From assembly GCA_963783575.1 (NCBI GenBank), contig CAWAOD010000011.1, positions 512,001-576,000 on the forward strand: a stretch of DNA of 64,000 nucleotides. Direction: 5' to 3'. Made by a program: the position numbers and the translations under genes. Shown here one piece after another: positions 58,193 to 64,000 of this stretch (position 1 is its first letter; every line of letters starts with the position of its first letter). The notes below the pieces were generated by a model. It was not told the origin of the DNA. It saw nothing but the letters and a program-made list of their open reading frames with translations, and searched no databases. This DNA is from an uncultured Spirochaetota bacterium. Lineage in GTDB: Bacteria; Spirochaetota; Brevinematia; Brevinematales; JAOACQ01.

Positions 58193-58459
58193 ATAACCTT
58201 TTGTTCAATAATCCTTAAACCTTTTATTGATTAAAAATAACAAACATTTCAGTTAGTATTCAAATTAAGGGGGAAAACACAAAACTAAGATTATTATTGG
58301 TTCTCTTATAACTTTGACAGCTTTAACTTTCATTTAAATACAGGCAGATTAAATAAAACCACGATCTGCTGTTTATTTGACAAAAAAATGATTTATTTAT
58401 AAATTTTATCCTGCTAAAATATATGAATTTTGAAAATTATTTTTTATTGAGGAGTTTTT

Positions 58460-58567
58460 ATGGGTGAAAAGAATAAGATTACTAAAGAAGCAAAAAAACC
58501 GCCCCAAAAAACATTGAAGGAAAAAAGAAAGGAAAAGAAAGATAAAAAAGCGGAAAAAAACTATTAG
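58460..58567 (+). CDS. Small lysine-rich protein (35 aa)
   Basis: Not in the ORF track. GAGGAG RBS, then MGEKNKITKEAKKPPQKTLKEKRKEKKDKKAEKNY*. Upstream TTGACA-17-TAAATT (58377-58405). Confidence 0.65.
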   Translation: MGEKNKITKEAKKPPQKTLKEKRKEKKDKKAEKNY

Positions 58568-58712
58568 CGAGCGAACAGCTTAAGGGTTGTTTTTCTTACT
58601 TTGATAGTTTTTATACTTATCTTTAATTAATTATCCTGTTAAGTTTAATTCACGCAAATAATTTTGATTATTAATAAAGTATTTTTGTAATTTTAGTCGA
58701 TTTATTTAGGAT

Positions 58713-58829
58713 TTTAAAAACTCAATAAAAGTCACCCTGAGCTTGACGAATGGGTGACAAGTTTTGAGGTAATTGTAACCATACTTCGTCGAGCTTAGTA
58801 TGATGATGACAGTAAAAAAAGAGTTTTAA
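58713..58829. repeat. REP doublet (BIME/MITE-like) with terminal inverted repeats
   Basis: Hairpin GTCACCCTGAGCTTGACGAATGGGTGAC (58731-58758) and the inverted related unit CATACTTCGTCGAGCTTAGTATGA (58780-58803), bracketed by TTAAAAACTC ... GAGTTTTAA. Confidence 0.75.
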
Positions 58830-58846
58830 GAACTGCCCTTTATTAA

Positions 58847-59257
58847 ATGGGGTATATTATGAATGAAGTTGATGATATAAGGATAGATAAATGGTTAAAA
58901 ACTGCACGTATTTTTAAAAAAAGAGAAGATGCGGCGGATGCCGTTGAAAATGGAATGGTTAAACTAAACGGAATAAAGGTTAAACCATCCAAGAATGTAA
59001 TTCCCGGAGATAAACTTACTGTAAAAATCGATTCCAAATATAAAACCCTGATAATCAAAACTATTACAAAAAAATCACTCAGTTCAAGCCTTGCAAGAGA
59101 ATTGTATGAATTCGAAAAACCGGCTGGGGTAACACCTGAAATGGAAGAAACAATAAGACTTCTCGAAGAACAGGAAAATGCGATAAGAAAAAGCCGGAAA
59201 GGTAAACCTAATAAGAAAGAGAGAAGGGATATCAATAAATTCAAATACGGCGATTAA
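58847..59257 (+). CDS. hslR: Ribosome-associated heat shock protein Hsp15 (S4 domain)
   Basis: RIDKWL..ARIFKKR..A...V..G.V.LNG..VKPSK and GKPNKKERR. The start may be 58859. Confidence 0.88.
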   Translation: MGYIMNEVDDIRIDKWLKTARIFKKREDAADAVENGMVKLNGIKVKPSKNVIPGDKLTVKIDSKYKTLIIKTITKKSLSSSLARELYEFEKPAGVTPEMEETIRLLEEQENAIRKSRKGKPNKKERRDINKFKYGD

Positions 59258-59264
59258 CCCTTCG

Positions 59265-59306
59265 CTGTCTGCCGTCTACCTGCCGGAAATCCCGGCATAG
59301 GCAGGC
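59265..59306 (+). repeat. Core hairpin of the palindromic repeat family, copy 5, between convergent genes
   Basis: CTGTCTGCCGTCTACCTGCCGGAAATCCCGGCATAGGCAGGC, matching the core of copies 1-3. Confidence 0.85.
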
Positions 59307-59561
59307 TTATTCCTGCTCGGATTTTTCAACAACGATTGTATAATTTGCCGCTAGCGCGGCGATCGCTCCTATTGCTGCCCATACAGGCAATAGAAGGGCG
59401 CCGATAACTCCAATTGTAAGCGGTATTTCAATTAAAGTTTTACCCTCGTCGTTTTTAATTGATATCCTGCGGATGTTTCCTTCATGAAGTATTTTTTTGA
59501 TTGTTGCGATAAGATCTTCACCATTAACCATAAACTCTTCGGTTCGAAATTTTTCGGGCAT
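59307..59561 (-). CDS. DUF4342-like small protein
   Basis: EEF.V.GE.L...IK..LHEGNIRRI.IK...G.TLIEIPLT.G...ALL.P..AA.GA.AAL; GGAGG RBS. Confidence 0.8.
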   Translation of the reverse strand: MPEKFRTEEFMVNGEDLIATIKKILHEGNIRRISIKNDEGKTLIEIPLTIGVIGALLLPVWAAIGAIAALAANYTIVVEKSEQE

Positions 59562-59684
59562 TGGATGCCTCCTTTAGTATATCTTGATTTTACTTATAAA
59601 CATTTCAAGAAGTTTCAACCGCACGGCTCGCTTTGCAGCATTATGTCGTATCTTGTTTATATAATGGTCAAGCGGAACGCTTGT

Positions 59685-62600
59685 TTATTCGGTAATATCA
59701 TTCATAAATCCAGTTAAACGTTTTACCTTAATCGTGATATTACTGTCGAAGCTTTTATAGTATAATTTATGTTTTTCATGGGGTTTGACAACAATTTCAT
59801 GCTTATTTTCAGCCTTTATACGCATAACCTTCACGGCATCGACCTTTGAGAACTTTGAAAAATTAATCTCTATGTACTCTCCTTTTTCAATAATTGATTC
59901 GATACCCAGATTTTCAGCCTTTATTTTCAACCTGGAAATCTCAAATAAAGTTCCGACCTCCGCCGGTACTTTTCCGAATCTGTCAACAAGTTCTTCTGAA
60001 AGCATTCTTATTTCTTCTTCATTCCTTACAGAAAGAATTTTCTTATACACTTCCATTTTTGTGCCATTGTCCGGTATTAATTCATCGGGAATATAAGCAT
60101 CATAATTCAAATCTATAAGAGTTTCCACTTTCTCATGGAAATCCCCCTTCAATTTTTCAACCTCTTCACGGAGAAGCCGCATATATACATCATACCCGAC
60201 AGCGATCATATTTCCATGCTGTTCCCTTCCCAGGATGTTACCGGCTCCGCGGATTTCAAGATCCTGTAAGGCTATATTAAAACCGGCACCAAGATCGGTA
60301 TATTCATTAATCACAAAAAGCCTCTTTTGAGCGGTTTCTGTCAAAGCCCTGTTCTGAGGATAGAGAAAATATGCATAGCCCTGCTTTTTAGCCCTTCCAA
60401 CCCTTCCTTTGAGTTGATAAAGCTGTGAAAGGCCGAAACGATGAGCATCGCTAACTATAATAGTATTGGCGTTGGGAATGTCAAGGCCGGAATCGATTAT
60501 TGTCGTACAGACAAATACATTATACTCACCCCTTACAAAACCCATAAATGCCTTATCCAGCTCCTCTTCTTCCATCTGGCCATGTCCGATAGTTACTTTT
60601 GCCTGGGGCAACATTCTTTCAATCAGAAAGGCATATTCTGGAAGCCGTTTGATTGTATTATGCACAAAAAAAACCTGGCCGTTTCTGTTAATTTCCTTTT
60701 CGATTGCATATTTAACAAGATCCATAGAAAAGTCAGAGACATAGGTTTCAACAGGAATTCTCATATCAGGCGGAGTCTGGAGCAGGCTGATATCACGGAT
60801 ATTCGCCATCGCCATATTGAGGGTTCTTGGAATAGGTGTCGCGGATAGCGATAGGAAATCAACAAGGGGATATCTTGATTTTAAAATCTCCTTATGAATT
60901 ACTCCGAATTTATGTTCTTCATCTATAATAACCAGTCCCAGTGCATGAAACCGGATTTTGTCCGAAAATAGTAGATGCGTACCGATAAGAATATCGATCC
61001 GATGATGTTCAACGGCTTTAATTGTTTCCTTCAGTTTTTGACTTTCGGTAAAACGTGAAATATATTCTACTCTTACTGGAAAATTCTTAAACCTTTCGAT
61101 AAATGTATAATAATGCTGTTCCACAAGGACGGTTGTCGGTGCGATTAAAGCCACCTGTTTACCGTCCATCACGGCTTTGAATGCCGAACGCATCGCGACT
61201 TCCGTTTTACCGAATCCCACATCGCCGCATAGAAGCCTGTCCATAGGTTTTGCTGATTCCATGTCTTTCTTGATTTCCTCAATCACTTTGACCTGATCCG
61301 GCGTTTCAATATACTCGAATTTATCCTCAAAATCTTTCTGCCAGAGTGTGTCCTTGCCGAATGTATGTCCCGATAGTGAAAGTCTTTTAGCATAGATTGC
61401 TACAAGCTTTTCGGCGAAGTCTTCAATACTTTTTTTAACCCTATCACGCTTTTTAGCCCAGCTTTTCCCGCCAAGTGAATCGAGAGGAGGTTTTTTTGCG
61501 CTTCCTCCGATATATTTTCCTATCAGGTTTGATTGTTCCAAGGGCACAAAGAGTTTTTCATTTTCGGCATATTCCAAAAGAATATAATCTTTTTCCTTTC
61601 CCAGAACACTAATACGTTCGATTCCTTTAAAGATTCCAATGCCGTAATTCAGATGTACAACCGATTCCCCTTCTTTTATGCTCTCAATATCCTCAAATAT
61701 CGTATCAATCTGGCGTATTCTCTTCCTGAAAAGCCTTTTTTTACCGCTTATATCGCTTTCAGTCAGCACCAGTATTTTTGTATTATCATTTCTCAACTCA
61801 AAGCCATGTTCAAAGTTCAGAATTAAAATAAAAAGATTTCCATCTCCAATATTTTTATCATTTTCTAATATGGACGGACTGAATTTTTTTAGGATATTCA
61901 TAAGTTTTTCCGCCAGGTCTTTGTATTCCACAAGTATGAATATCCTGTAACCCTGCGCGAGATAAACATTTTCAATATCCGTTACAAATCTTGAAAATCC
62001 TTCGCCGAACTCAGGAGGATTCTGGATGTTAACCGGAAATTTACTATCACCTATCATATTTTTAATTATAATTTTTTTCAAGCCTTTGTTTCTTGAGAAA
62101 ACCTCTTCTAAAGGCAGGAGGAGCATACCTTCTTTTTCCGGTGTATATTTTTTAAAACGTTCAATTAAATTAGCCGATTCCGCTTTCAAGCTCTCATGGT
62201 ATATTACAATACCCGGTCCCGGTGAATATTCCAGGATTGTTGAAAAACTGTTATAAAATTTTAAAAAATGAGAATGAATGTGACTTTCTTCAAGAAGATC
62301 TATAAATTCTTCTTTGATTATATCTTTTATTATTGCGAATTCGCTTGCAGGAATAAGCTTGAAAGAATCTATGTTCTGCGTTGAAAGCTGTGTCATCGGA
62401 TTGAACAATTTTATGCTCTCAATCTCATCGCCGAAAAGATTTATACGAATGGCTTCCCTGTAATTTGGAGGGAATATGTCGACAATATCGCCGCGAACTG
62501 AAAAGCTTCCCTGCTGTGTCACTTTAAAATCCCTTATATAGGAAAATTGTACAAGCATTTTTGAGAGAATATTTCTTTCAATCAAACCGCCGGTTTTGAA

Positions 62601-63074
62601 TTCATATATACTTTGACAGAAAAAACTCTCGGGGGGTAATTTTCTCATTAGAGATTCCAAGGTTAATACAACAATTGGATTTTCATCTTTTGAAAGGGTA
62701 TACAGGGTATTAATCCTGTCGGAAAGTTTATCTGCCGAGGGAAAAACATTAGAAAATGGTATAACATCAATATCCGGAAAGAATAAAGCATGCGCGCCAA
62801 TAGATAGAAGGCTTTCGAAAACCTCTTCAGCTTCGATATCATCGCGGGTAATATAATAGCAAGTATTTTTCCCTTTTGCATAAACATTTTGATCAACAAA
62901 CCCGCTATTAGAAACATTTTTATTTGATGAGTCAGAGCCATTCAGTTCTGATAGGATAAAGGGACTCGCACCGATCGGTAAATTTATCTCTACCGAATCG
63001 TTTCGTGTTAATTCCGATATCAGTTCGTTTGTCCTGATATGAGAGTGAATATATTCAATAAAATTTTGTTTCAT
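59685..63074 (-). CDS. mfd: Transcription-repair coupling factor
   Basis: UvrB-like FSVRGDIVDIF, CarD-like VVHLNYGIG, CGDVGFGKTEVA, DEEH, SATPIPRT, QLKGRVGR, DLEIRGAGN and a TRCF C-terminus. Confidence 0.97.
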   Translation of the reverse strand: MKQNFIEYIHSHIRTNELISELTRNDSVEINLPIGASPFILSELNGSDSSNKNVSNSGFVDQNVYAKGKNTCYYITRDDIEAEEVFESLLSIGAHALFFPDIDVIPFSNVFPSADKLSDRINTLYTLSKDENPIVVLTLESLMRKLPPESFFCQSIYEFKTGGLIERNILSKMLVQFSYIRDFKVTQQGSFSVRGDIVDIFPPNYREAIRINLFGDEIESIKLFNPMTQLSTQNIDSFKLIPASEFAIIKDIIKEEFIDLLEESHIHSHFLKFYNSFSTILEYSPGPGIVIYHESLKAESANLIERFKKYTPEKEGMLLLPLEEVFSRNKGLKKIIIKNMIGDSKFPVNIQNPPEFGEGFSRFVTDIENVYLAQGYRIFILVEYKDLAEKLMNILKKFSPSILENDKNIGDGNLFILILNFEHGFELRNDNTKILVLTESDISGKKRLFRKRIRQIDTIFEDIESIKEGESVVHLNYGIGIFKGIERISVLGKEKDYILLEYAENEKLFVPLEQSNLIGKYIGGSAKKPPLDSLGGKSWAKKRDRVKKSIEDFAEKLVAIYAKRLSLSGHTFGKDTLWQKDFEDKFEYIETPDQVKVIEEIKKDMESAKPMDRLLCGDVGFGKTEVAMRSAFKAVMDGKQVALIAPTTVLVEQHYYTFIERFKNFPVRVEYISRFTESQKLKETIKAVEHHRIDILIGTHLLFSDKIRFHALGLVIIDEEHKFGVIHKEILKSRYPLVDFLSLSATPIPRTLNMAMANIRDISLLQTPPDMRIPVETYVSDFSMDLVKYAIEKEINRNGQVFFVHNTIKRLPEYAFLIERMLPQAKVTIGHGQMEEEELDKAFMGFVRGEYNVFVCTTIIDSGLDIPNANTIIVSDAHRFGLSQLYQLKGRVGRAKKQGYAYFLYPQNRALTETAQKRLFVINEYTDLGAGFNIALQDLEIRGAGNILGREQHGNMIAVGYDVYMRLLREEVEKLKGDFHEKVETLIDLNYDAYIPDELIPDNGTKMEVYKKILSVRNEEEIRMLSEELVDRFGKVPAEVGTLFEISRLKIKAENLGIESIIEKGEYIEINFSKFSKVDAVKVMRIKAENKHEIVVKPHEKHKLYYKSFDSNITIKVKRLTGFMNDITE

Positions 63075-63173
63075 TAAAAACCTTTAGTATAATTTTAAAT
63101 GGATTTGTTGGAATTTTCAAGAAGATATTTGTTTATGGTAAGTCATCTTAAAATATTATTATTAAATTTAATT

Positions 63174-63398
63174 TTAGATCAATTCTTCAATTTCACTTTT
63201 TTTTGAGTTCAGGATTTCAAGGACTTCAAGGAATTGATCCTTATTCAAAGCAATGCCCTTTTTTGTCGGCTTAAGTTGATCCTGGTCATCCTTAAAGAAT
63301 TTTCGGATATCGAGGAATTTTTTACCGTTAAATTCCGAAATTGTGATCAATTTTGATCCGTTTTTAATTTCACCAATGATCCTGGTATTTGAATCCAT
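63174..63398 (-). CDS. PC4/YdbC family ssDNA-binding protein
   Basis: ISEFNGKKFLDIRKFF...KPTKKGIAL. Confidence 0.85.
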   Translation of the reverse strand: MDSNTRIIGEIKNGSKLITISEFNGKKFLDIRKFFKDDQDQLKPTKKGIALNKDQFLEVLEILNSKKSEIEELI

Positions 63399-63424
63399 TG
63401 AATTACCTCAAAAATATTTTGATA

Positions 63425-64000
63425 TTATTGTTGCGATTTAAATTGATTGTTAAGCCATTTTTGTTTTGAATCGGATTCCGAAATTGCCTCGTTCATTTTA
63501 CCGTATTTCATCCTTTGCTGTAGTTCATAATCGCTTAAAGATTTGTTCATCTTATCGATTTCAGTTTGATTTTCCTTTATTTTATTATCATTAAATGAAA
63601 TTCTTCTTTCTATAAAATTTCCAACTCCTAATGCAATTTTCAAACTCTGGTTAGCTGCTACAGCAGCCCCGGAATTCTTAGTCATATCGCCTATCAGATC
63701 ATTTGCGAATAATTGTTCTACACCGTCAAATTTGGTCTTCAGCACTGATTTTAGTCTATCTCCATCGATATTAAGCAGCCCGGTTTTTGTTGAGGCCCAT
63801 TCCTCTGAGGTGCTGCTGAAGCTGCCCGCTTTTTTTGTATATACTCCTATCTGTTCCAGTACAGATAATTCATTTCCGTAAGATGTCTTATAGTAATCGA
63901 TTGCGACATTTCTCAGCCTGTTTTTAAGAAGAATAAAGCTGGTTTCAGTTTGATAAATACCATCCTTTAAATTCTGCTGGTTTCTTTCGCTTAATGGAGT
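63425..64000 (-). CDS. fliD: Flagellar filament cap protein, C-terminal part (5' end outside the window)
   Basis: The frame is open from 64000: Y.TSYGNELSVLEQIGV...GLLNIDGDRL...VEQLF, then a coiled coil ending KYGKMNEAISESDSKQKWLNNQ. Confidence 0.82.
   Translation of the reverse strand, partial: TPLSERNQQNLKDGIYQTETSFILLKNRLRNVAIDYYKTSYGNELSVLEQIGVYTKKAGSFSSTSEEWASTKTGLLNIDGDRLKSVLKTKFDGVEQLFANDLIGDMTKNSGAAVAANQSLKIALGVGNFIERRISFNDNKIKENQTEIDKMNKSLSDYELQQRMKYGKMNEAISESDSKQKWLNNQFKSQQ

Noticed and set aside
58843..59244. 133-aa minus-strand ORF, and the many similar 60-150-aa shadow ORFs across the window
   Set aside because: They lie antisense to, or frame-shifted within, well-supported genes and carry no independent motifs
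2437..59306. Dispersed repeats as a possible CRISPR array
   Set aside because: The copies are kilobases apart, with no regular repeat-spacer structure and no cas genes
62860..62950. Asn/Ser-rich stretch near the Mfd N-terminus as another repeat insertion
   Set aside because: No similarity to the repeat modules, and the Mfd N-terminus is naturally variable
1..64000. tRNA, rRNA, integrase or transposase genes
   Set aside because: None recognisable by eye; tRNAscan-SE and Rfam were not run

Overview
AT-rich bacterial chromosomal window, probably from a spirochaete. This is an inference from the FliD C-terminus and the Treponema-like phosphonate locus. Left to right it contains: (1) a partial SAM methyltransferase and a GH43 lipoprotein; (2) a 2-aminoethylphosphonate (AEP) biosynthesis and surface-modification cluster (pepM and AEP transaminase, each fused to an NTP transferase, ppd, a TagF-like transferase, and two flanking membrane LtaS/sulfatase-like paralogues); (3) housekeeping genes trpS-scpA-scpB-pheA, a GH57 branching enzyme, a REC-PAS-GGDEF-EAL protein, nfeD, cvpA, rfbACDB, a GNAT and trxA; (4) an accessory region of about 26 kb with a 1210-aa KaiC-like ATPase fused to a solute-binding-like fold, two Ntn-hydrolase acylases, a MATE exporter and a hybrid FAAL-NRPS-PKS cluster; (5) hslR, a DUF4342-like gene, mfd, a PC4-like gene and partial fliD. 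The most unusual signals are: an NRPS adenylation domain with a complete ThiF/MoeB (E1-like) domain inserted between motifs A1 and A2; a single in-frame TAG splitting that NRPS inside its carrier domain; a modular palindromic repeat family, one copy of which is inserted in frame (+74 aa) in rfbB; and the KaiC-like/solute-binding fusion. All calls come from reading motifs by eye. No database searches were run.
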